Shown here piece by piece: positions 24,030 to 31,473 of a stretch of 43,862 nt of DNA; position 1 is the stretch's first letter, and every line of letters begins with the position of its first letter. The position numbers and the translations under genes were made by a program. The DNA is from a virus: IMG/VR virus record IMGVR_UViG_3300045988_028422; one strand, written 5' to 3'. The notes below the pieces were generated by a model. The model was not told where the DNA came from. It did not search any database and saw nothing but the letters and a program-made list of their open reading frames with translations.

Positions 24030-24650
24030 AAACTTCATTGTGCACGTTAAAGTAGGTTAATTCGGGGAAACCCCTCTGGGGCAATCCCGAGCTAAGCATT
24101 GGAGGAACTATGCGTGGTAAACCTATGGTCTTGATTAAGGATCAAAACGGTTGCATAGTCTCCACATCACATAGACTGAATAAAGATGGTTATCTAAGGA
24201 TTAGCGATCACAGGTATAAGGGTAAAGGTAGAAAGCCCTTGATTATGGCTCACAGGCTTGTATGGGAAGAAGCTAATGGTGAAATCCCTGAAGGCTATGA
24301 GATTCATCACAAGTGTCATAATCGTGCCTGTTGTAACCTTAGTCATCTTGAGCTAGTTAAGATCGTCGATCATAAAGTCGAACATAACTCCACTAGATAT
24401 GCTGATAGAAAGGCTAAAGCTAAGGAGTATTGGAAACTTTATAAGTGTACGGGTACTAAGCTAGGTGAAGTCTTTGGTGTCTCGTTTTCCTCTGCCTGTA
24501 AGTGGATTCGAGAATGGAAGTGTAGAGACTAGGTGAAAACCGTAGGGGCTAGGGGTGAGATTCCCCTAGTCTCGAAATGCCTACTACAGCTAATACCAAT
24601 AGGCTGTAAAGAGATAGTCCGACACCCGTAGCAATATGGGAAACGGTAAG
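24030..24650 (+). mobile_element. Group I intron in the DNA polymerase gene (621 nt) carrying an HNH homing endonuclease
   Basis: P1: gtgcat (24024-24029) pairs with gtgcac (24040-24045), with U24029.G24040 wobble and a 10-nt loop. S-like aagagatagtcc at 24609-24620. Hairpin at 24625-24640. Terminal G at 24650. Splicing restores AWVH|DEVQVACR. Confidence 0.85.
24110..24532 (+). CDS. Intron-encoded HNH homing endonuclease
   Basis: HRLVWEEANGEIPEGYEIHHKCHNRACCNLSHLELVKIVDHKVEHN. C-terminal HTH-like GTKLGEVFGVSFSSACKWIREW. Confidence 0.85.
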   Translation: MRGKPMVLIKDQNGCIVSTSHRLNKDGYLRISDHRYKGKGRKPLIMAHRLVWEEANGEIPEGYEIHHKCHNRACCNLSHLELVKIVDHKVEHNSTRYADRKAKAKEYWKLYKCTGTKLGEVFGVSFSSACKWIREWKCRD

Positions 24651-24806
24651 GATGAGGTTCAGGTAGCTTGCAGAACAAAGGAAATCGCTGAAGATTGCTG
24701 TAGGATTGCTCAGGAATCCATGAGACAAACTCAGGCATTCTTTAATTTTAAATGTCAACTTGATACTGAAGGAAAGATTGGCTGTAACTGGGCAGCTTGT
24801 CATTAA
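24651..24806 (+). CDS. DNA polymerase, exon 2 (51 aa)
   Basis: DEVQVACRTKEIAEDCCRIAQESMRQTQAFFNFKCQLDTEGKIGCNWAACH parallels the recalled T7 gp5 C-terminus DEIQVGCRTEEIA...NFRCLLDTEGKMGPNWAICH. Not in the ORF track (no ATG). Confidence 0.9.
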   Translation, partial: DEVQVACRTKEIAEDCCRIAQESMRQTQAFFNFKCQLDTEGKIGCNWAACH

Positions 24807-24814
24807 TTACTACT

Positions 24815-25126
24815 ATGGAAAACACTGGTATGACTAAAGAAACTAAGGCAGCACTGCTGCGTGACTATAAGGCTCCTAAGGGCAGCATTGATCACATCCA
24901 TATTATGTGGAAGTGGAAGGTTAAGCATGATGAGTATGGCAATGTCCCTGCTTATGGTGCTGTAGTCACTCTTAATGGTGAGACTGTGCTTAACTATGAG
25001 CCGGAACCTGAAACTTGGAAGGATTGGGCTCCTGAAGAGATCATTCATGACCTCCTTATGAAGCTCGGTTACAGTGTGACTTCAGATACCACTACAGAGG
25101 AGGAGGGTAGTTATGAAGATGCCTAA
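24815..25126 (+). CDS. Hypothetical protein
   Basis: The track ORF 24797 uses a TTG start; the first ATG is at 24815. Acidic C-terminus. Confidence 0.55.
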   Translation: MENTGMTKETKAALLRDYKAPKGSIDHIHIMWKWKVKHDEYGNVPAYGAVVTLNGETVLNYEPEPETWKDWAPEEIIHDLLMKLGYSVTSDTTTEEEGSYEDA

Positions 25127-25397
25127 GTATTTCTATACTGAAGAGAAAAGTACTGGGGAGGTTATTGTTCACAAGCGTAACGCTGAGATGAGTAACTACT
25201 GCAGCGCTCTTGCTTACATTGGTGAAGTCCATCCTAAACTTCAGTCAGACTATTGTCGATACAATGCACGAATGATTGCTGAGATGGCCTCTCGAGGTCA
25301 CATTACGTCAATCAATAAGTACATTCGACAGGCAGGTAATCGATGGTTCCTTACTCGTTCTGGCGCTGAGCTTGCATCATCCTATGAGCGCTACTAA
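25113..25397 (+). CDS. T7 gp5.7-like protein (putative sigma-S RNAP inhibitor family)
   Basis: YCRYNARMIAEMASRGHITS..NRWFLTRSGAELA parallels the recalled T7 gp5.7 NYVRNNASLVAEAASRGHIS..GAWEITASGTRFL. Confidence 0.6.
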   Translation: MKMPKYFYTEEKSTGEVIVHKRNAEMSNYCSALAYIGEVHPKLQSDYCRYNARMIAEMASRGHITSINKYIRQAGNRWFLTRSGAELASSYERY

Positions 25398-26163
25398 AGA
25401 ATACATTGGGCTGATAGACGGAGATCTATTGGCCTATAAAGCATCTTCTGCTGTCCAAAAGGATATCTATTGGGGGGATGGTCTATATACTTGTCATGCC
25501 TATTTGGATGATGCAATAGATCAATTTGAAGATATTATTGTGGGTATTAAAGATACACTAAAGACAAACCATAATGTCGAAATGAATGACTATTCGTTTG
25601 TCTTTAGTGATCCTAATGATAACTTTAGGAAGCACTTAATGCCTGATTATAAAAACAATAGGCTTGATAAAAGAAAGCCTACTTGCTACTATGGATTAGT
25701 GGATTGGATCAGAAATAACTATGAATCTAAATCTAGTGAATCTCTAGAAGCTGATGATGTAATAGGTATTAATAGTACCCCTGATACAACCTTAATTGTG
25801 TCAATGGATAAGGATTTCAAAACTCTTCCTACTCATTTCTATAGAGTAAATGAAGATCAAATCTATTGGCTTGACGAAGATAAAGCTAACTATTGGCATA
25901 TGTTTCAGACACTAGTAGGAGACACTGCTGATGGCTATAAAGGTTGCCCCGGTATTGGAGCAGTAAGAGCAGAGAGGATCCTTAAGGATGTCCCTCAGGA
26001 TAAACTATGGGAGACTGTAGTTAATACCTACAAGAAAGCTGGCCTTACTGAAGATGATGCTTTGCTGCAAGCTAGAATGGCCTATATTCTTCGAAAAGGG
26101 GACACTAAAGATACCCTTTGGACACCTGATAAAATCGTCCCTATTAAGACGACAGATAGTTGA
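25384..26163 (+). CDS. 5'-3' exonuclease (T7 gp6-like)
   Basis: The start was chosen at ATG 25384 (MSATKEYIGLIDGDLLAYKA). Motifs DKDFKTLPTHFY and WHMFQTLVGDTADGYKGCPGIG. The track ORF start 25276 lies inside the upstream gene. Confidence 0.85.
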   Translation: MSATKEYIGLIDGDLLAYKASSAVQKDIYWGDGLYTCHAYLDDAIDQFEDIIVGIKDTLKTNHNVEMNDYSFVFSDPNDNFRKHLMPDYKNNRLDKRKPTCYYGLVDWIRNNYESKSSESLEADDVIGINSTPDTTLIVSMDKDFKTLPTHFYRVNEDQIYWLDEDKANYWHMFQTLVGDTADGYKGCPGIGAVRAERILKDVPQDKLWETVVNTYKKAGLTEDDALLQARMAYILRKGDTKDTLWTPDKIVPIKTTDS

Positions 26164-26190
26164 TAATAAATTCACCACACTAGGAGATAG
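26163..26190 (+). promoter_or_regulatory. Weak phage-promoter-like sequence
   Basis: ataataaattcaccacactaggagatag resembles the consensus but is 1 nt shorter between the CCAC and CTAG blocks. Confidence 0.3.
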
Positions 26191-26196
26191 ATAATC

Positions 26197-26433
26197 GTGA
26201 AAGACGAATCTATGAAAATTGATATCAAAGATACCACTAAAAGTGATCCTGATGAACCTCTCTTCGACAACTTTCCGGCTGTCCCGAAAGACTTGTTGGA
26301 GGGACTTCAGAAGATCTTTGATGTACGCAAGATGATCCGCTATAAGCCTACCATTGATTACTGTGGTGGTGTACAGGATGTACTTGACTTCCTTGAAAAT
26401 AAGTTCAATGAACAAAACCATATAGGTGATTAA
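26197..26433 (+). CDS. Hypothetical protein (78 aa)
   Basis: GTG start 10 nt after aggag. An alternative ATG lies at 26212. Confidence 0.55.
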   Translation: MKDESMKIDIKDTTKSDPDEPLFDNFPAVPKDLLEGLQKIFDVRKMIRYKPTIDYCGGVQDVLDFLENKFNEQNHIGD

Positions 26434-26629
26434 AATCGGTGCACTGTTTTCAAAGCCTAAGACACCTGAAGTGAAAGTTCAGGCACCTGCCTTAGACAAC
26501 CCTGTAGTTGAACCTCAGGAACCGGAGCTTGGTGCTCAGGAGACTGAAGAACAGAAGGCTCGTAAGGGTAAGAAAGGTCTTAAGGTATCCTTAGACAAAG
26601 CTAAGGGTGTAGGCACTAATGTAATGTAA
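26426..26629 (+). CDS. T7 gp6.7-like small virion protein
   Basis: ALFSKPKTPEVK and RKGKKGLKVSLD parallel the recalled T7 gp6.7 (CFSPKIKTPK.., GRKGLKVERD). GTG start inferred. Confidence 0.55.
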   Translation: MIKIGALFSKPKTPEVKVQAPALDNPVVEPQEPELGAQETEEQKARKGKKGLKVSLDKAKGVGTNVM

Positions 26630-26643
26630 AAAATTAAAAAAGG

Positions 26644-27189
26644 ATGACGAATACTATGGGGGACTATAGGGGGTCTATAGGTAAACTTTATGTTAAACCT
26701 ATTGTAGACTTAAAGACAGCTATGGAGGTTCTAGATAAATGTATGGAATCTATTATAGATAATCCTAATAATTTATCCTTCATAAGAAACTTAGATAAAG
26801 ACTATATTAGGTCTTTTGTTAAAGATGTAGTATTGAATAATAACCAATATGATTATCGTATTATTGGTTTCTATAGTCAATCTGCAGATGAACTAGTGGG
26901 ATGCTGTTTGTTATCCTATGGTTACCCTTGGTATTCTGATAAGCAAAGAATCCTTAATGAAGAATGGACTGTATCTTTTAAAAGAGGAGCAGGCATTGCT
27001 AGAGCGTTGTCTGATTATTTAATTGATTGTCTAAAGAATGATGAGTGTGACTATATTCAAACTGGGAGTGTCAATGATTGGTGTGCTCCTATGTTAAAGA
27101 ATAGTTATGTCTCTAAAGGATTCCGTATTTATAATTGCTATTATTTAAGTAAAGAGGATATTAATGGGCATATTCAAGAAAATCAGTAA
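26644..27189 (+). CDS. GNAT-family N-acetyltransferase (putative), AT-rich insertion
   Basis: Acetyl-CoA motif-A-like KRGAGIARALSDYL preceded by beta-strand-like VGCCLLSYG. The region is visibly more AT-rich than the flanking genes. Confidence 0.55.
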   Translation: MTNTMGDYRGSIGKLYVKPIVDLKTAMEVLDKCMESIIDNPNNLSFIRNLDKDYIRSFVKDVVLNNNQYDYRIIGFYSQSADELVGCCLLSYGYPWYSDKQRILNEEWTVSFKRGAGIARALSDYLIDCLKNDECDYIQTGSVNDWCAPMLKNSYVSKGFRIYNCYYLSKEDINGHIQENQ

Positions 27190-27424
27190 AGCCTTTAAGA
27201 AAGTAGTTAAGGTCGCCACTGGTGGTCTTATTGGTGGCCACAGTAACTCTGGTCAATCGACTACTGAAGCGCCTGCTCCTGAGTTAGGGTTTGTGAATGC
27301 AGATACAACTAACACTACTGAATCAGAATCAGAGAAGCAACAGTTAACTAAAGGAAAGAAGAGAGGCAAGAAGTCTCTTAAGGTTAACATGATTGGTCCA
27401 TCTAGCGGAAGGAATATTGTCTAA
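27164..27424 (+). CDS. T7 gp7.3-like protein
   Basis: N-terminus MGIFKKISKAFKKVVKVATGG and C-terminus KGKKRGKKSLKVNMIGPSSGRNIV parallel the recalled T7 gp7.3 (MGKKVKKAVKKV.., GGKKSLSVARSSGGGINI). Confidence 0.65.
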   Translation: MGIFKKISKAFKKVVKVATGGLIGGHSNSGQSTTEAPAPELGFVNADTTNTTESESEKQQLTKGKKRGKKSLKVNMIGPSSGRNIV

Positions 27425-27807
27425 TGGGACGTGGAGATTCATCTTGGCAGGATCGTAATCATCATCTCGGTAAGTCAAGAGGTGGTAAGAAAACATCTAC
27501 CGGTACGATTACTCCTGTTAAGAAAAATGAAGAGGTTACTGAGACTACTCCCTCTGTAGACACTTCGGTTGGTACTGAGGGTTACGATTATACTAAGGCC
27601 ACTACTGCAGTTAACCCCCCTAGCAACCCTCAGGTTGGTGAGAGTATCATGAACAGTGGTGGTACAGGTGCTAATGAGACCTATGATTCCTCTAAGGGAT
27701 CTAAAGCTGTCTCTACTACCACCCAGTCGACAACCTCTAAGAAACGTAAGAGCAGTCTTAAGGTTAACATTAGTGGTGCTGGTGGTACGGGACGTAATAT
27801 TGTGTAA
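27424..27807 (+). CDS. gp7.3-like paralogue
   Basis: C-terminus KKRKSSLKVNISGAGGTGRNIV. It shares the 15-nt tcttaaggttaacat with the upstream gene. taATG coupling. Confidence 0.6.
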   Translation: MGRGDSSWQDRNHHLGKSRGGKKTSTGTITPVKKNEEVTETTPSVDTSVGTEGYDYTKATTAVNPPSNPQVGESIMNSGGTGANETYDSSKGSKAVSTTTQSTTSKKRKSSLKVNISGAGGTGRNIV

Positions 27808-27809
27808 TA

Positions 27810-29399
27810 ATGGCAGAAACTAAACTAGATAATCAAACTGCTGAAGGTGCACAAAAGGTATACGAAAGATTGTCTACGGACAGAGATCAGTATACCCAGA
27901 GAGCAGAGAAGAATGCTACCTATACTATCCCTCAGTTGTTCCCTAAGGAATCTGATGATGGTGGCACTGCCTATACGACACCTTATAATTCTATTGGGGC
28001 TAGAGGTCTCAATAACTTAGCATCTAAGTTGTTGTTATCTTTGCTTCCCCCGGGTCAGCCTTTCTTTAGACTTGGGTTAGATACTGCATCTAATGAGGCA
28101 CTACAGGCATCTGGCAATGATCAGGTTAAGGATACCATAGAGTACGGCTTGTCTATGATGGAGGCTGCTATGGTGAAGTATATGGAGCATAATGGTCTTA
28201 GACCTACTCTCTTTGAGTGCATTAAGCAGCTCCTGATTGCTGGCAATGCGTTGCTCTTTCTGCCTCCTCTAGAGGGTGGCATGAAGTGCTATACTCTCAG
28301 AAACTTCGTAGTTGAAAGAGATGCTATTGGCAATGTACTTCAGATTGTCGCTAGAGACACTTTAGCTCAGGGGACTATCCCTCCGAGTGTCTTAAGTCTC
28401 TTAGGCAATGCAGGTAATGAAGTTAATCGTTCTGAGAAGGTTAACATCTACACTCATACCTATCTTGTCCGTGGGGATACCTTAGAGGGATCCACTTGGG
28501 AATCCTATCAGGAAGTAAATAATACCATTATCCCCGGATCAGAACAGACGTATCCCTATGGCAAATGTCCTTGGATCCCTGTGAGATTCACTAAGAAAGA
28601 TGGGGAATCCTATGGTCGATCCTTTGTTGAAGATTACCTTGGTGACTTGATCTCTTTAGAGAACCTTCAGCATGCCATTAACGATATGGCTATGATTTGT
28701 GCTAAGGTATTGTACCTTGTGTCTCCTTCATGTCAGACTAACATTAAGGCTCTAACTAAAGCTGAGAATGGGGCTTTCGTAAGAGGTCGACAGGACGATA
28801 TTGTTGCAATGCAGACAAACAAACAGACTGACCTTCAGGGCTGCTATGCGGTATCTCAGGGTATAGAACAGAGATTGTCTTATTGCTTCATGTTGTCTAG
28901 CACTACTGCTCAAATCACAAGAGATAGAGTGACAGCAGAGGAGATCAGATATATTGCTCAGGAACTTGAGGATACCTTAGGGGGTGTCTATAGTCTCCTG
29001 TCTCAGGAACTTCAGTTGCCTTTAGTGTCCTGTATCTTCAATCAGATGCAGTCTAATGGCAGCCTTCCGACTATCTCTGAGCAGTTCGCTACGATTGAAC
29101 CTACGGTCATCACTGGTGTTGATGCCTTGGGTCGTGGTCATGACTTTGCTAACTTGTCTCAGGCACTTCAGGTACTTGCTCAGTTCCCTGATATCATGCA
29201 GATGATCAATCAGCAGAACTTAGCTATGCGTATCTTCACGAGTGCTCAGATTGATGCTACGGGTCTCGTTAAGTCTCCTGAACAGGTTGCTAAGGAACAG
29301 CAGGCAATGATGGAACAGTATGCTGCCCAGCAGGGTATTGATGCTCAGGCTCAGATGGCAGTAGATAACAACAAAGCTCAACAGGAACAGGGGGTGTAA
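27810..29399 (+). CDS. Portal (head-tail connector) protein, T7 gp8-like
   Basis: KVYERLSTDRDQYTQRAEKNATYTIPQLFPKE..IGARGLNNLASKLLLSLLPP is close to the T7 gp8 N-terminus. Confidence 0.95.
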   Translation: MAETKLDNQTAEGAQKVYERLSTDRDQYTQRAEKNATYTIPQLFPKESDDGGTAYTTPYNSIGARGLNNLASKLLLSLLPPGQPFFRLGLDTASNEALQASGNDQVKDTIEYGLSMMEAAMVKYMEHNGLRPTLFECIKQLLIAGNALLFLPPLEGGMKCYTLRNFVVERDAIGNVLQIVARDTLAQGTIPPSVLSLLGNAGNEVNRSEKVNIYTHTYLVRGDTLEGSTWESYQEVNNTIIPGSEQTYPYGKCPWIPVRFTKKDGESYGRSFVEDYLGDLISLENLQHAINDMAMICAKVLYLVSPSCQTNIKALTKAENGAFVRGRQDDIVAMQTNKQTDLQGCYAVSQGIEQRLSYCFMLSSTTAQITRDRVTAEEIRYIAQELEDTLGGVYSLLSQELQLPLVSCIFNQMQSNGSLPTISEQFATIEPTVITGVDALGRGHDFANLSQALQVLAQFPDIMQMINQQNLAMRIFTSAQIDATGLVKSPEQVAKEQQAMMEQYAAQQGIDAQAQMAVDNNKAQQEQGV

Positions 29400-29402
29400 C
29401 AG

Positions 29403-30185
29403 GTGAGCGAAGAAACAACAAACTTGAATAGTGATGGTCTTAGTGTCGACAATGGTGTCGATATTATGATCTCAGGTACTCAGCAGCTTACCCTTGATGG
29501 TGATGAAGCTACAGGTATGCTTAAGGATGGCGGCAGTAATGATGCTGTCCCTATGGGTGAGCCTTCTGAAGGCAAACATCAGGGTGAACCTCAGGCAGAA
29601 CCACAACAGGGGGAACCTGAGGGTGACCTTAATGTAAAGATCGATAAGCACACGAAAACCTTAGATGCCCTTGGTAAGGATCTTAAGGCTAAAGGTGTGG
29701 ACTTCAATCAGGCCATTAAGGAATACAATGAGTATGGTGCCTTGTCTAGTAAGACTATGGCTGACCTTGCTCAGGCAGGTTATCCTTCAGAGGTCATTGA
29801 GGGTTTCATTGAATCACGACAGAACCTTGAGAGTGAGTTCACTAATGCTGTCTATAATTCAGCAGGTGGAGAACAGGCGTACAACAAGGTTATTGAGTGG
29901 GCACAAGGAAACCTCTCTAATAAGGTTCTGAGTTCCTTTAATCGAGCTATTGACAACAACAATCTTGAAGCTGTTACTCTTATGTTTGAGGGTATGAAAG
30001 CTAAGATGATTGCTAAGCAAGGAACACGTAATCCTACTATTATGGGTGGTGGGGTTACTACGGGTGGCTATAAGGGCTTCTCAAGTAAGCAGGAAGTAGT
30101 GGAGGCTATGAGTGACCCCCGCTATGGTGCTGACCCCAGTTACACTAGAGCTATCGAAATGAAGATGTACTATACTCAGTTGTAA
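29403..30185 (+). CDS. Capsid assembly (scaffolding) protein, T7 gp9-like
   Basis: Acidic, with a GTG start. C-terminus FSSKQEVVEAMSDPRYGADPSYTRAIEMKM parallels T7 gp9 ..EMIKAMSDPRYRTDANYRRQVEQKV. Confidence 0.85.
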   Translation: MSEETTNLNSDGLSVDNGVDIMISGTQQLTLDGDEATGMLKDGGSNDAVPMGEPSEGKHQGEPQAEPQQGEPEGDLNVKIDKHTKTLDALGKDLKAKGVDFNQAIKEYNEYGALSSKTMADLAQAGYPSEVIEGFIESRQNLESEFTNAVYNSAGGEQAYNKVIEWAQGNLSNKVLSSFNRAIDNNNLEAVTLMFEGMKAKMIAKQGTRNPTIMGGGVTTGGYKGFSSKQEVVEAMSDPRYGADPSYTRAIEMKMYYTQL

Positions 30186-30247
30186 CGTACCCATAATAAA
30201 AACATTTCCTAATAACAATAATATAACTACAATAAGAATATAATAAA

Positions 30248-31258
30248 ATGGCTGCGTTAACCGCTAATTCTATTTCTAATCCTGGTCAGAATCTGAGCGC
30301 TGGTGATCGTGATGAGCTGTTCATGAAGATCTTCTCTGGTGAAGTCCTTACGGCTTTCACGAGAACCTCTGTCATGATGGATAAGCAGATTGTCCGAACG
30401 ATTCCTCACGGTCGTTCTGCTAGCTTCGCTGTCATGGGTCGTACTCATGCTAAGTATCTTACCCCGGGTAACTCCTTAGATGATCAACGTAAGAAGATGG
30501 AGAACACGGAGCGTGTGATTGCTATCGATGGTCTCCTCACGGCTGATGCTCTTATCACGGATATCGATGATGCAATGAATCACTATGATGTTCGTACGGA
30601 ATACTCGAAGCAGCTTGGTGAAGCTCTTGCTCAGGCTTTCGACTGTGCCTCTATCAATGAACTTGCTAACACGGGTGCTAAGACTGCCACGGGTATGCCT
30701 GAGAACATCCCTGATAATACTACTCTTGAAAATCCGGGTACGGGCAAGGCATTTGAGTATGTTACGGGTAAAGATGAAGCTACGACTGTGGAGTATGGCA
30801 ACATCCTCCTGCAGGGTCTGATTGATGCCCGTGCTCAGTTTACGAAGAATTGGGTTCCGGCAGGTGACCGTTATTTCCTTGTCTCCCCCGAAGGTTATTC
30901 GGCTATCTGCCGTGCCCTTATGCCGGATGCTGCTAACTTTGCTGCTATCTTTGATCCGAATACGGGCAAGCTCCAGAATGTCTGTGGCTTCCAGATTGTG
31001 GAAACTCCGAACTTCTTGAACAATGGTGTTGATGGTAAGCACGCTCTTAAGGAGCAGATCTCTACGGCTGTCCTTCAGGGTATCGCCTTCCACCGTTCCG
31101 CTGTGGGTGCCCTTAAGCTGAAGGATCTCGCTATGGAACGTGCTCGCAGAGCTGAATATCAGGCTGATCAGATCATCGCTAAGATGGCTGTGGGTCACGG
31201 TGGCCTTCGTCCTGAAGCCGTGGGTCTCTTCGTTAAGACTGCTCAGGTTGGTGCGTAA
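30248..31258 (+). CDS. Major capsid protein, T7 gp10A-like
   Basis: GEVLTAFTRTSVM, VIAIDGLLTADALITDIDDAMNHYDVRTEYSKQLGEAL, ERARRAEYQADQIIAKMAVGHGGLRPEA. Confidence 0.95.
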   Translation: MAALTANSISNPGQNLSAGDRDELFMKIFSGEVLTAFTRTSVMMDKQIVRTIPHGRSASFAVMGRTHAKYLTPGNSLDDQRKKMENTERVIAIDGLLTADALITDIDDAMNHYDVRTEYSKQLGEALAQAFDCASINELANTGAKTATGMPENIPDNTTLENPGTGKAFEYVTGKDEATTVEYGNILLQGLIDARAQFTKNWVPAGDRYFLVSPEGYSAICRALMPDAANFAAIFDPNTGKLQNVCGFQIVETPNFLNNGVDGKHALKEQISTAVLQGIAFHRSAVGALKLKDLAMERARRAEYQADQIIAKMAVGHGGLRPEAVGLFVKTAQVGA

Positions 31259-31431
31259 TGTACTCGGAATCCGACATTAAGGATTCCTATTTCTATGTCA
31301 ACGGGGGTTCTAAGAAAGGCTCCCGTTTGACTGTAGAAGAAAAGATTAAATTAGGTTTGATTAAATCCCCAACTGAAGTCAAACCTAAGGTAGTCTCTAG
31401 GAAGCCTAAGATCCCTGCAGCTCCCAAATAA
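31258..31431 (+). CDS. Small basic ORF (57 aa) immediately after the capsid gene, in its -1 frame
   Basis: taATG overlap with the capsid stop. Translation: MYSESDIKDSYFYVNGGSKKGSRLTVEEKIKLGLIKSPTEVKPKVVSRKPKIPAAPK. Not in the ORF track. Confidence 0.4.
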   Translation: MYSESDIKDSYFYVNGGSKKGSRLTVEEKIKLGLIKSPTEVKPKVVSRKPKIPAAPK

Positions 31432-31473
31432 TACATAATAACAACTATAAAATACTACTACAAAGGATAAATT

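Noticed and set aside
22278-24806. Absence of a thioredoxin-binding insertion in the DNA polymerase (635 aa spliced, versus 704 aa recalled for T7)
   Set aside because: This is plausible from length alone, but I could not locate the deletion point reliably without an alignment, so it is not claimed.
30186-30247. AT-rich leaders before the capsid (30186-30247) and gp11 (31432-31473) genes as late phage promoters
   Set aside because: They share aacaataatataa or ACTACTA fragments with the promoter motif but cannot be aligned in register. There is not enough evidence to call them.
30476-31198. 240-aa minus-strand ORF inside the capsid gene
   Set aside because: Same codon-bias shadow effect. The + strand frame is unmistakably the T7 gp10-like capsid protein.
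31237-31258. Programmed -1 frameshift producing a gp10B-type capsid extension
   Set aside because: The -1 frame opens only 20 nt before the stop and no slippery heptamer is visible. Retained only as a low-probability alternative in the findings.
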